Part shown: in pieces, positions 7,650 to 16,959 of the stretch | How positions within the stretch are numbered: the first letter of the stretch is position 1 | How the letters are laid out: every line of letters starts with the position of its first letter | IMG/VR virus record: IMGVR_UViG_3300032103_000258 | Location: 1 to 28,154 of that record | DNA from: a virus | Lineage: Duplodnaviria; Caudoviricetes | DNA length: 28,154 bases | Direction: 5' to 3' (one strand) | Translations under genes and position numbers: made by a program | The notes under the pieces: generated by a model | Told to the model about the DNA's origin: nothing | Database searches by the model: none | Seen by the model: only the letters and a program-made list of their open reading frames with translations

Positions 7650-9803
7650 CTATCGGACTGTGTTGAGCTCAGCACCGCTTTCGCGGACCGTAGCATTGAT
7701 GTAAATGCGTTCAACCGCGTCCACAGGGATAAACGACAGGTCCACGACAACTTCGCGGCGATTGCGGGTGTCGGCCGTGTTGTTCGACTCGTCCAGCACC
7801 AGGCGGTATTCTTCAACACCTCGTTCGTTTTGGACTGCGTCCATGAACCCGCTGAAAGCTACTCGCATTTCGTCGAGCAGCTGATTGTCGTTCGGGTCAA
7901 ACACGAACCGGCGACCAAGCTCTGACAGTCCACGCACAATGTAGTTCGTCAGGACGACGCTGTGCAGAGCGGTCAACTTGCTTTCCGCGCGCTGCATCGT
8001 GCGCTCGCCGTAGTTCAAAATCCGACCGCGCATGAGCAGGATCGGGTTGACACTGTTCCCATCACCATACATGGCCGAGCGGGTTTCAGGAGAGACCTTG
8101 GTGAACTCTACCTCAGTCGCCTCGGGAATGACACCGCGAATTTCACCGGCCGCCGCGAACCACGGCTTGTAGCGGTCAAAGGTCGAAGCCAAGCAGCGGA
8201 GCACGCCCAAAGTTGGGGGCACCACTTTTTGTTCGCCCGTGAAAACGTCCGTGATGGTCAACCAGTTCCAGCTGCAAGCCAGATTGTAGGTGTCGATCTT
8301 GCCGCGGTACGCCCAGAGACCCTCGCCGTTGTGCCAGTCAACAGCCTCTCGGGCGTTCAAACCGCGGGGCACATTGATCAAGCCAGCCGAGAAGATGCGC
8401 CGCGAGACGCGGGCAATCTCCTGGGCCACAGCTACGTCATCCGATGGGAACAGCGTGGAAACGTCTGGAGCCACGATGACGTCGATGGTCAGATTCTCGT
8501 CCTCAAAGGCCTTGAGACCGGTCTGACCGTCATCATCAGGGTTGATGGTGCCCACGAAATCTTCAACGGTCGGAGTGAGCCCATTGGCGCCTTTCTCAAA
8601 GTCCGCGACGTTGACCACAGTCGCCGCAGTCCGGTTCCAGGGGTTAACCGTGTTGGCCGGATGTTCCACGACTGAAAAGTTCGCAGGAATCGTGATGTAG
8701 GACGAGAGCCCTTGGATTCGGGTGACATAGTAGTCGTCGCTCTCAGGGTCAGCCGAAAGGTTGTCGATGGTCTCCACAAGACCGGAATCTTCATAGACCA
8801 GCAGCTTCTTGGTATCGGGCTTGGAGCCCGGAGACACGGCCACGATCAGCCCCGTCTTCACGCCGTCGGAGTTCGCCCAGGTGCCAGGCGACGCGGCCAG
8901 CATGTGGTAGCAAAGCGTAGTCTGAGGCACACCGCCCACCTTGGTCACCTTCGAGATGCGCCCTGCGCTGTAGCTGTCTTGCAGCGGCAAGGCTTGGTAA
9001 CCAATCTCAGTGAGGTTGGCGGTCTCAAGCAGCACCCGAACGCCCTCACCGTCGATCCACGGCTTGACATCTTTGATGCGCACCTCACGGGTGGTGTAAC
9101 GGCCAGTCTGCTCGATCTTGATGAGGTCACCCGCGGCGAGCAATGACGCGGCGGTTGCGCTGCTGCAGGTAAACTCGAAGGCATTCTTGTCACCCACAAC
9201 GTCGCCCGCCAAGGTCAACTGAGCGTCGTACAGGTAGGAAAACATGAACGCCTCAGCTTCATTGGCCGCTTCATTGGCAGCGTCACCACCGATTGGGCAC
9301 GAGTCGATCGAGGCTGACGTGTAGTTGTCAGCAAGCTTGGCCGCTTCAGACCCAATGGCCGTCAACACCAGGCGGTCGTTCGTGATCGGCACGTCTTCGA
9401 TGCGCGCGTTGACCGTGGTGCGCTTTCCTGGCTGCGTAATCCGAATGTATTCACCCGGAGAAAACAGCGCGGCGCGCGGTGTAAAGATGGTTTGTTCGCC
9501 CGCAGTGCCCGACGCATTATTCGTGGTGGTCGACTCGTAGCGCCGTCCCACCCGAATACAGGTTGTCCCGTCGGTCAGGTCAGACAGAATCGCGGCGGCG
9601 TTCGCCATGTAACGCTCCTCGATGGACTTCCCAAAGACGCGCCGAAAGTCCTTCAACGAGCGAATCGCGATTGGCGTGTCAAACGGTCCTTTTTCAGCCA
9701 CACCAATCAGGCCAGCGTGAAATCGGCTCGTCGGCGTCGTCAGGAAACTCTGATCGATGACTTTCGGGTAAACGCCCGGAAAAGTTCGTGCTGTGATAGC
9801 CAT
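7650..9803 (-). CDS. Contractile tail sheath protein (T4 gp18-like)
   Basis: FPGVYPKVID, GVAEKGPFDTP, PWFAAAGEIRG, VNPI, YGERT, FVFDPND and VLDESNNT sheath motifs. Confidence 0.96.
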   Translation of the reverse strand: MAITARTFPGVYPKVIDQSFLTTPTSRFHAGLIGVAEKGPFDTPIAIRSLKDFRRVFGKSIEERYMANAAAILSDLTDGTTCIRVGRRYESTTTNNASGTAGEQTIFTPRAALFSPGEYIRITQPGKRTTVNARIEDVPITNDRLVLTAIGSEAAKLADNYTSASIDSCPIGGDAANEAANEAEAFMFSYLYDAQLTLAGDVVGDKNAFEFTCSSATAASLLAAGDLIKIEQTGRYTTREVRIKDVKPWIDGEGVRVLLETANLTEIGYQALPLQDSYSAGRISKVTKVGGVPQTTLCYHMLAASPGTWANSDGVKTGLIVAVSPGSKPDTKKLLVYEDSGLVETIDNLSADPESDDYYVTRIQGLSSYITIPANFSVVEHPANTVNPWNRTAATVVNVADFEKGANGLTPTVEDFVGTINPDDDGQTGLKAFEDENLTIDVIVAPDVSTLFPSDDVAVAQEIARVSRRIFSAGLINVPRGLNAREAVDWHNGEGLWAYRGKIDTYNLACSWNWLTITDVFTGEQKVVPPTLGVLRCLASTFDRYKPWFAAAGEIRGVIPEATEVEFTKVSPETRSAMYGDGNSVNPILLMRGRILNYGERTMQRAESKLTALHSVVLTNYIVRGLSELGRRFVFDPNDNQLLDEMRVAFSGFMDAVQNERGVEEYRLVLDESNNTADTRNRREVVVDLSFIPVDAVERIYINATVRESGAELNTVR

Positions 9804-9807
9804 AAAC

Positions 9808-9814
9808 TAATTAC
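9808..9814 (-). promoter_or_regulatory. Putative late promoter core GTAATTA
   Basis: 4 nt before the sheath ATG; member of the recurrent GTA(G/A/T)(T/A/C)TA motif. Confidence 0.65.
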
Positions 9815-9907
9815 CATTGAACCGAAGACGAGACCCTTCGGTCAGTTTGTTCTCCACCATTCTTCGTCTGTCGGCGATGTCTCACGCAATATCTACAGTC
9901 GTTCGAG

Positions 9908-12025
9908 CTACTTTGTCAACGTGAGCGAATCAATCAGCACGCCCGCGTCGGTGTACGCTCGAAACACCATCCGGGTGCTCGAAAACTGCAGAGTCTGGTA
10001 GCCATAGTTCGTGCTGTTGCGCACCTGGGACTCCGCGCCGTCGCCGCCGGCGATGCTTAGTGGAGTGCCCATGGAGCGAATAGGCTCCTTGCCCCCGTTT
10101 CCAATGCCAAAGTAGTAGACCCCATCCTCGCCAATGAGCCGCTCGTACGCATGCATGTGGCCGCAAAATACCGCGTCAATGCCATGGTTTTCGTACGGCC
10201 AGCGCATGAAGTGCATTCCTGGACGGTAGCTGGACTCTGACGTGTACGGCACGTGATGGAGCACCACAAATTTCCACGGGCAGGTTGACGCATTTGCCTT
10301 TGCCTTGAACCAAGCACCCTGCTCCGAGTTGTAAGTGGCAGTCGCATCAGAGCTGCTCACATAACCCAGCGTGGGCTCTGACGAATAGGTGGACAAGAAG
10401 AAAAAGTGAGCGTGTCCGACCACGATGTCGTAGTACCGCTTGTTTCCCGGGGCGTTGTTGAAGTATTTCAGCAGCTCTGGGAGCGTCGCCCCGTTTGCGC
10501 CGCCACCCACTGGGTACCAGTCGTGGTTTCCCCAGGCGTGGAACATCATCAGATTGGTAACCTCAGGCGCGTAACCGTCGAGGATGTCCATCTGGATGAT
10601 CTCTTGCTTGGTGATGCCTGGAAAGTCGCTTGTCGTGGTGTACGTGGCGTCCCCAGCCGTAAAGACATAGTTTGGATTTTTCGCGCGCAGGCTCGTAGCC
10701 ACACGGATGTACGGAAGCGGGACAGACCCATCAGCGATCCCGTCGCCAAAGTCTCCAACCAAACCGACCAAAAATTCTTCCTCGCCCCTTGGGAGCCTCC
10801 AACGAGTAATCGGGCTGTCGGCATACCCATCTTTTCGCGCAAATGCTCGAATGTCGCCGCGATCTGCGAAAAACGGTGGAAATGCCGCGTTGTACTTCGT
10901 GCTGTCTGCCGTCGGAGTCGTTCCGTTGACTGTGTAAAAAATCTCAGCAGGGTCAAAACCAGGCACGCTCATGCAGACCGCAGTGGGCGCCGTACGCCGG
11001 CCTGGAAGGGTAATGAACTCAGGACACGGGAGCTGCTGAGTGAAGACCTGGTTTACCGACTGGCTGACCAGTCCATTGTTGCCCAAAACGTACGCCAGCA
11101 TTTTGCACGGCCCAGTGACCGTCTCAGCGGCAACGTGAGGACGCGGCGCCTCGCCGTTAAACGAGATGTAGGTGTTCGGCGCAGTCTGGTAAAACTGCAG
11201 GTCCAGGTCAAACCAAATGTCTGAGCTGGTCAGCGACGCGTTGAACAGTTGAACGGCAATGGTATTTTCGCCAGCCACTAGACCCGGGTTGCTGACCGCG
11301 GTAATCCTGGATGAAGTGTGCTGCGCGGACGGCGCCACGGTATTGTTCGCTGGAAACGCGCCTGACGGCGCATTGAACCGCGTCACCTCAACCCCATTTA
11401 TCCACACGATGGTACCGTCGTCAATGGACTGGTCAAGTCTGATCTGCACAACAGCGCTTGGGCCAACCACTGTAAACTTCTTGCGCAAGTACACGGTGGT
11501 GTAGCCGTTACGCATGTCTGTCAGCTCAGTGCCGGTCCTCACCACATTGCTGTCGTACCAGAAAGGAGTGACGCCGTTTAACCACGCCGAGTCGTCAAAT
11601 CCAGGGGTTACCCATGTGTTCGGCTGACTGGCGCCACCCTTGGCGTACTTCCAGCCTGACGAACCTTTGCTGAACAATGGAACAAGCGCAGAAACCGTCA
11701 CCGTTTTTGGATACTCATCCATGAAGTTTTTGTTGACCACGGTCACTATCGGCGCAGCCGGGGCAGCGTAGGGATAGTAGGCAATGGTCTCAAGGCTGTC
11801 TTCAAAGCCAGCCTCCTTTGCATAGGCCCTGATAGTAGTTTCTGGAAGCGCCACAATCGGGTTCAGGTACTGCACGCCGATCTCGCGCGGACTTGACCCA
11901 TCTGTCGTGTAAAAGATTTGAGCTTTCGGGTGCCCAAAAACTGACATCGACACCGCCAAAGTTGTCTGGACTTGGGTGTCAGTCCCAGGTTGAATCACCA
12001 CGGCTGGTAGTCGTTCAGTCGCCAT
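9908..12025 (-). CDS. Metallophosphoesterase (purple acid phosphatase-like) with Fn3-associated/CHB_HEX_C-type repeats and a galactose-binding-like domain
   Basis: Metal ligand motifs GDFG, GDATY, GNHD, VLHH, GHMH. Repeats IFYTTDGSSP and IFYTVNGTTP. WKY...PGFDDSAW...DDGTIVWING domain. Confidence 0.88.
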   Translation of the reverse strand: MATERLPAVVIQPGTDTQVQTTLAVSMSVFGHPKAQIFYTTDGSSPREIGVQYLNPIVALPETTIRAYAKEAGFEDSLETIAYYPYAAPAAPIVTVVNKNFMDEYPKTVTVSALVPLFSKGSSGWKYAKGGASQPNTWVTPGFDDSAWLNGVTPFWYDSNVVRTGTELTDMRNGYTTVYLRKKFTVVGPSAVVQIRLDQSIDDGTIVWINGVEVTRFNAPSGAFPANNTVAPSAQHTSSRITAVSNPGLVAGENTIAVQLFNASLTSSDIWFDLDLQFYQTAPNTYISFNGEAPRPHVAAETVTGPCKMLAYVLGNNGLVSQSVNQVFTQQLPCPEFITLPGRRTAPTAVCMSVPGFDPAEIFYTVNGTTPTADSTKYNAAFPPFFADRGDIRAFARKDGYADSPITRWRLPRGEEEFLVGLVGDFGDGIADGSVPLPYIRVATSLRAKNPNYVFTAGDATYTTTSDFPGITKQEIIQMDILDGYAPEVTNLMMFHAWGNHDWYPVGGGANGATLPELLKYFNNAPGNKRYYDIVVGHAHFFFLSTYSSEPTLGYVSSSDATATYNSEQGAWFKAKANASTCPWKFVVLHHVPYTSESSYRPGMHFMRWPYENHGIDAVFCGHMHAYERLIGEDGVYYFGIGNGGKEPIRSMGTPLSIAGGDGAESQVRNSTNYGYQTLQFSSTRMVFRAYTDAGVLIDSLTLTK

Positions 12026-12902
12026 AAGGAGGACCTGAAGGATTCGGAACGTTGGAACGGCTATCGAGGACGGGGTTTCCTGAGGCGTCAGGTGCGCGTA
12101 GGTCTATCCGCTCGACAAAGAGCTGGTCAAGCTCTTGAGGCTGTCCAGGAAGACGGCTGTTAAGGACCATCGTCCAGACCGCCGGGAACAACTCGTAGTT
12201 GAGGTCAGGCACGTAGCCTTCAATGACCAGGTTGAAGCTCGTTCGGTATTCGGTGAGCTGCTCGGCCTGTGGTTCTGGTGGAGTGATCGACTCAATGTCA
12301 CCGTCAATAAACATCCGCACATTTTTGAGGTAAAAGTGGCCTGGGTACTCAACATTGACCCAGGTCTGTGGTTGACCGCCTGACCTCCAGAAAGTCCGCA
12401 TCACATTCGTGATAAACGTGGACTGAGTTTCTGGCCTCAAACAAAAGTGGTCAACCTGGAACTTGAAGTTCCACGCCGCAGGCATCTTGACCGTAGCGAC
12501 CGTGCCCAAATCCTGCTTGGTCAAGTCGTGCGAAACCGTCGGCCACGTCAACCGACGCCACCGCTTGTAGGAGTAGTTCTGGTTCGCACGGTAAGCCCAC
12601 CCCTTGCGGTGAAGCGAAATCAAGGGATATTTTGGGGGCTCAGGATACGGGGCGTAGACGGGCGTCCCGTTAGCATCCTTGAGGTCGAGAAGATACTTGA
12701 ACGGATTGCTATCGGACTTCCACAGGTTCTTGAACTGCGAGAACGCGTCCATGGGCGCCGAAAAGAGCACTGGCACCGGGTAGCCGTCGGCAACAATGAA
12801 ATTCTGGTAACACCACCGCTGGAGCGCTAGTTCGTGCCAGCGCATCGCGTCACCGTTCCGCGATGGACTGACGATTGCCTCTGCCGCAGTTGAATCTGGC
12901 AT
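12015..12902 (-). CDS. Tail terminator / sheath stabiliser (T4 gp15-like)
   Basis: PVPVLFSAP, YPLISLHR, MPAAWNFKFQV, FNLVIEGYVP pattern; located between neck and sheath genes. Confidence 0.7.
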   Translation of the reverse strand: MPDSTAAEAIVSPSRNGDAMRWHELALQRWCYQNFIVADGYPVPVLFSAPMDAFSQFKNLWKSDSNPFKYLLDLKDANGTPVYAPYPEPPKYPLISLHRKGWAYRANQNYSYKRWRRLTWPTVSHDLTKQDLGTVATVKMPAAWNFKFQVDHFCLRPETQSTFITNVMRTFWRSGGQPQTWVNVEYPGHFYLKNVRMFIDGDIESITPPEPQAEQLTEYRTSFNLVIEGYVPDLNYELFPAVWTMVLNSRLPGQPQELDQLFVERIDLRAPDASGNPVLDSRSNVPNPSGPPYGD

Positions 12903-12906
12903 GAAC

Positions 12907-12913
12907 TATCTAC
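12907..12913 (-). promoter_or_regulatory. Putative late promoter core GTAGATA
   Basis: 4 nt before ATG 12902. Confidence 0.65.
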
Positions 12914-12932
12914 CAGATGCTGCGGTAGTGGA

Positions 12933-13214
12933 TTAGCCAACCGGAACCAGCAGGTCGGCTTGGACAGCGTGCACCGAACCGTCAGGAAACTCCACGTCAT
13001 ACCAGCCTGCGCCCTTGGAAGCCGGACCTTTGACCTTGCCTTGCATACCGACGTTGGGGCAACCACTGGCGCCGTTCTCGTCGACCAGCGTCACCTTAGT
13101 GCCGACCGACAGGTCAATGGCAGACTCCATGAGCTTCTTGGCCGCGGCACTGACAGTCTTCGGGTCTTTCAAGTCAACCTGATCGACGATCTGTTTGATT
13201 TGCTCAGTGTTCAT
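12933..13214 (-). CDS. Small hypothetical protein, KOW/SH3-like C-terminus
   Basis: VGTKVTLV...GMQGKV...WYDVEFPDG; GTATTTA (13222-13228) lies 7 nt before the ATG. Confidence 0.7.
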   Translation of the reverse strand: MNTEQIKQIVDQVDLKDPKTVSAAAKKLMESAIDLSVGTKVTLVDENGASGCPNVGMQGKVKGPASKGAGWYDVEFPDGSVHAVQADLLVPVG

Positions 13215-13561
13215 TGCTTGTTAAATACTGCTTTTGCGATTTCTAGCGCGACGTCCTGGTGCCCTTCGAACCAATCTGACCCACGGTCCAGAAAAACCAG
13301 AGTCACGTGCGCGTTACCATCGGCCGAGACGTGCACCTTTTCGCCGTCTAGCCTAATTACAAGCGCCTGCGCGAGCTTTTCAATTCGGCTCGACATGGCC
13401 TGAATCCGATCCGGCAGGTCAGGCAACGACTTCTTCCTCGACTTGTTAGCCAGCCAATCCACTAAAGCTGATGCCACCCGGTCAGCCACCGGCTTTTCAA
13501 GCTTGCGGTACTCGTAGGTCAGCTGCCCCCACGTGGCTTTACTTAGTGCCTCCGAGAACAT
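13211..13561 (-). CDS. Hypothetical protein in the neck operon
   Basis: Likely ATG 13561 (MFSEALSKAT), overlapping the upstream gene end; ATGA overlap downstream. Confidence 0.6.
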   Translation of the reverse strand: MFSEALSKATWGQLTYEYRKLEKPVADRVASALVDWLANKSRKKSLPDLPDRIQAMSSRIEKLAQALVIRLDGEKVHVSADGNAHVTLVFLDRGSDWFEGHQDVALEIAKAVFNKQ

Positions 13562-14123
13562 TTGCCTCGCTAATGGGCTGAGGTTTAACCACGGTCGTCG
13601 GCAACTCGACCAGCGCCCTGGTCGACTGATCAGGCAGCGGCTTCGCGTCACCGTCAGGCGGCACAATGCACTCGACCCTCAAACCAACCCACTGGTTAGT
13701 TTGCTGCCAGTAGCTTTCAGGGTCAATGACCACGTTGAGGATGACGTAACGATAGCCGTTCCAGTAAACTCGATCTCCACGTTCTGGGAAGTAGTCAACC
13801 TCCTTGAGGACGTTGAATGCCAGCAAAAAGTCGTCGCGGCGTTGCGGCGTAATTCCAAGCCGTGTCAATTTCCAGTCTGGCTTTTGAAACTTGTTCAACG
13901 CCAAAATGTCAAGCTCACGCGAGTATTTTAGGCGTGCTGAAACTGACGTGTGCCACAGTGGATCAATCTCTGAATCACTGCGGTCAACCTCAAAAAATCG
14001 AGGCGGCGGTTTGGCCGAATGTGCGCGTACGTAGCTTGCGTAAACCCTAAGAGCCGTGACCGTGTCGGCCCTGCCAAAAACCGCAGGGTCTGTCAAAAAG
14101 TCTTTTCGTTCTGTGAAGCGCAC
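13539..14123 (-). CDS. Neck / head-closure protein (T4 gp14-like)
   Basis: IDPLW, LTRLGI, FPERGDRVYWNGYRYVI, YWQQ pattern; TTAGTTA (14128-14134) lies 4 nt before the GTG. Confidence 0.65.
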   Translation of the reverse strand: MRFTERKDFLTDPAVFGRADTVTALRVYASYVRAHSAKPPPRFFEVDRSDSEIDPLWHTSVSARLKYSRELDILALNKFQKPDWKLTRLGITPQRRDDFLLAFNVLKEVDYFPERGDRVYWNGYRYVILNVVIDPESYWQQTNQWVGLRVECIVPPDGDAKPLPDQSTRALVELPTTVVKPQPISEANVLGGTK

Positions 14124-14138
14124 AAACTAACTAACACT

Positions 14139-14420
14139 ATGATCCCTGCTGAAGTTCAAAACCTGCTGAACGACCTGGTGCCAAACCCTGACAAGGTGGG
14201 CACCATCGACTCGTCCAAAATGATCGTGACGGTCAAAGACCACGCATTCGAGTTGGGTGCCAAAGACTGCGAAAAGATTCTGCAATCAGCCGACTCGATC
14301 GAATCGTTTGCCGAGGTCATCGGCGGAGAAGACATCAGCGTTGAGCTTCACGCGATTGACCTAACTGACGACGCCATGGAAGCACTCGAACGCTCTTGCG
14401 ACTCTGTGGATGAAATTTGA
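14139..14420 (+). CDS. Hypothetical acidic protein
   Basis: ATG 14139 (MIPAEVQNLL), divergent from the neck gene; the upstream extension overlaps the opposite-strand gene. Confidence 0.65.
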   Translation: MIPAEVQNLLNDLVPNPDKVGTIDSSKMIVTVKDHAFELGAKDCEKILQSADSIESFAEVIGGEDISVELHAIDLTDDAMEALERSCDSVDEI

Positions 14421-14871
14421 GCGCACACTCCGCTGCGTGGTTTGCCGAAAATTCAAGCCTGAGTCGCTTGGAAAGCTGGTTAAAAGTCGGACGCGGCACA
14501 ACCACAAGTACTTCATCTGCGACCACTGTCGCTTGACGCCTCCCATCAGAAGAAACCATCGAGAAAACCAGGAAACCCCGCCAGAGCGCGAGGTCCGAGA
14601 AGCGCTAACGGGCTGCGGATTTTCGGTCGAGGCTGAGTTCAAGGTCGGACGCTTCATCTACGATTTCGCTGTGCCCAAAATCCGGCTGCTCATTGAGGTT
14701 GACTCGAGCCGCTATCACCGCTTGCCGCGCCAAATCAAGCGCGACCGCTTAAAAGACAAGTGTGCACGCGAACAACACTGGAAACTCGTGCGAGTCAAGA
14801 CAAGCGGCGCAGGTGTCACAGCCCTTGCGGCACTTCAAAATCGAGCCCAAGAGCTCGGATTTGGAACGTAG
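14410..14871 (+). CDS. DUF559/Vsr-like PD-(D/E)xK endonuclease with N-terminal CxxC-CxxC finger
   Basis: TPPERE, GRFIYDF, LLIEVDSSRYH, RDRLKD, WKLVRV; CVVC and CDHC. Confidence 0.85.
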   Translation: MKFERTLRCVVCRKFKPESLGKLVKSRTRHNHKYFICDHCRLTPPIRRNHRENQETPPEREVREALTGCGFSVEAEFKVGRFIYDFAVPKIRLLIEVDSSRYHRLPRQIKRDRLKDKCAREQHWKLVRVKTSGAGVTALAALQNRAQELGFGT

Positions 14872-14881
14872 CGCTTTTTTG

Positions 14882-14909
14882 TTTACAACCGCGCGAATAG
14901 CGGTATAGT
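14882..14909 (+). promoter_or_regulatory. Sigma70-type promoter, probably leaderless
   Basis: TTTACA-16 nt-TATAGT, then 6 nt to ATG 14916; T tract upstream. Confidence 0.65.
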
Positions 14910-14915
14910 GTGATC

Positions 14916-15641
14916 ATGTGCGCGATTATTGGCTGGGCTGGAAAGATTGACACACGCCTGTTGCGGGAGATGTTCCGCCGGGCGACAGATCATGGCCCCC
15001 ACAGCGTTGGGCTCGCTTACCGCGAAACGAACGGCGACCTCAACGTGTTCAAACGGGCCGTCCACCCATTTGTCTTCTTGAGGAACTGCACTCACCGCAT
15101 CGACCGGGCCGCCAAGAACCGCCTCGGGTTTGGCCACGTTCGCTGGGCAACCCATGGTCCTAAGACCGACGAGAATGCCCACCCGTTCAACCACAACGGC
15201 ATCGTCTTTTGCCACAATGGCGTCATCTCCAACTACCGGAGCATCAAGCCGGACGCCGTGGTTGACAGCGAATGCCTTGGTCCGCTCATCGAGCGGCGAG
15301 ACTTGTCGCTGTCTAACGGGTCCACTGGTGCAGTGTGGTTCGAGGGCGGCGAACTCTTCGCTTACCGTCATTGGCAGCGCCTTCAGGCCTACACGTTCAA
15401 CTTCGCCGACGACGACAAGTTGACCTTGGTTGCCACCGTTCAATCCATCATTCCAGCGGCATTGTTTACCGTCCCGCACGTGGCCCATGAACTGGCCGAA
15501 GGCACGGCCTATCGGGTCACCGAGTCTGGGCTTGAGTCCGCTTGGAGCAACCCCACAGCAGCGGTCCGAAACTTAAACACGCGCACCTGGTGCTCTCCCA
15601 CGCTGGCTGCCGTCTCTGACGACAAGATGGAACGACGGTAG
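14916..15641 (+). CDS. Class II (Ntn) glutamine amidotransferase
   Basis: Start MCAIIG gives the N-terminal catalytic Cys; GHVRWATHG, NAHPF, HNGVISN, VDSE. Confidence 0.92.
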   Translation: MCAIIGWAGKIDTRLLREMFRRATDHGPHSVGLAYRETNGDLNVFKRAVHPFVFLRNCTHRIDRAAKNRLGFGHVRWATHGPKTDENAHPFNHNGIVFCHNGVISNYRSIKPDAVVDSECLGPLIERRDLSLSNGSTGAVWFEGGELFAYRHWQRLQAYTFNFADDDKLTLVATVQSIIPAALFTVPHVAHELAEGTAYRVTESGLESAWSNPTAAVRNLNTRTWCSPTLAAVSDDKMERR

Positions 15642-15648
15642 CTAAAGT

Positions 15649-16956
15649 GTGGCAGAGACATCCAACACGTCTGGCAATGCAGCAGCGATCTTCCAAATTG
15701 GGCTAGTCCTTGAATCTGGCCTGATTCAAGAGTTCGACGTCCAGTCAGACTCATTTTTCACGTTCACCGAGTACCAAGAGTCGGTGAACGACATCAGCTA
15801 CAGCAACAGCACGCTCGACACCACCAACTCGAGCTTTGTCAACACCCTGTTGGCCGCGGCCATGACGTCAGGAAATCCCGACGTCATGGTCCGCTTTGGC
15901 GTTGGTGTCCCTGGAAACTACTGGTGGTCTCCTTGGCAGCCCCACATCGTCACCGAATTTGTGGCCCTCCCAAAGTCCATCGGAAACAACAACGGCTACC
16001 ACGTCAAAGTCTCAACCGCCGACGCCTTTATCAAGGCGAGCCGCAGCAGAAAGGTCCAAGTTCGCCGTGGGAAAATCAGCGAGATTGTCGCAGCCATCGC
16101 GTCTGAAAACTCGATTGAGAAGACCGTCGTTGAACCGACACGCGGCACCTACTCGCTCATCCAAAGCTACGAGTCCGACACCTCGTTCCTACTCAAACGC
16201 CTCTTACTCCGGGCTGCGAACGAAAGCGGACGCGGAAACTTTCAAGTCTTCATCTGCGATGGCGCGCTGCATTTTCACACCCCAGACTATCAAGCCACCA
16301 TCCACGAACTCAACTATTTCACTGGCATCTCTGGCCTTGAGCTCTATCAGGTTGACCAGTCTCAAATCCAACTCCAACAAGGCGCCGCTCGCGTCCGTGT
16401 CATCACCTACAACCCGCTGACCGGAGAGACTAAAAGCGTCACGTCAAAAGAAGATCGGGCGCTCAAGCTTGCCAAGACCACACCAACCTTGAGCAAGGTT
16501 CCACAAGCCGACTTGAACCTGCTCATGCATGTCGGCCAGAACCTGGACGCCGACTGTGAAAACTACGCACAGTCCAAGTTTGAAGTCGAGCACAGCCAGC
16601 TTTACCAGCTGGCTTTGGTCACCACAAAAACGCCGACAATCCGGTGCGGAGACATTTTGTCGCTCAACATGCAGTCATCTGCCGAACCTTCTCCTTGGTC
16701 AGGGCTGTACCTGGTCCGAAGTGTACGCCACGTCATTGAAAATGGACGGCTGGAAAGCACAATCATTCTTTCACGCGGAGAGCTGAACAAGTCTGGTGGA
16801 ACCAACTTCAATGACACGGCGGTCTATGACGCCCAGGTGCTCACTAGCGAGTCTGATTCACCCGGACAAGCCTTGAATGTCACGGCAGTAAACAATTCAA
16901 TTCGATCCATAGGGGTCGAGTCGAACACGCTGAAAACCATACTGAGCCCGAACTAG
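15649..16956 (+). CDS. Baseplate hub protein (P2 gpD / Mu gp44 / T4 gp27-like)
   Basis: ISEIVAAIA...QSYESDTSFLLKRL...LHF and PTIRCGD...SGLYLVRSVRHVI...STIILSR; GTAGCTA (15638-15644) lies 4 nt before the GTG. Confidence 0.72.
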   Translation: MAETSNTSGNAAAIFQIGLVLESGLIQEFDVQSDSFFTFTEYQESVNDISYSNSTLDTTNSSFVNTLLAAAMTSGNPDVMVRFGVGVPGNYWWSPWQPHIVTEFVALPKSIGNNNGYHVKVSTADAFIKASRSRKVQVRRGKISEIVAAIASENSIEKTVVEPTRGTYSLIQSYESDTSFLLKRLLLRAANESGRGNFQVFICDGALHFHTPDYQATIHELNYFTGISGLELYQVDQSQIQLQQGAARVRVITYNPLTGETKSVTSKEDRALKLAKTTPTLSKVPQADLNLLMHVGQNLDADCENYAQSKFEVEHSQLYQLALVTTKTPTIRCGDILSLNMQSSAEPSPWSGLYLVRSVRHVIENGRLESTIILSRGELNKSGGTNFNDTAVYDAQVLTSESDSPGQALNVTAVNNSIRSIGVESNTLKTILSPN

Positions 16957-16959
16957 TGG

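Noticed and set aside
7962-11224. Long antisense ORFs (7962-8675, 10406-11224 and similar)
   Set aside because: Shadow frames of GC3-biased genes with clear family motifs on the other strand.
14139-15641. Defence or anti-defence operon of DUF559 nuclease plus amidotransferase
   Set aside because: A separate promoter lies between them and nothing links their functions.
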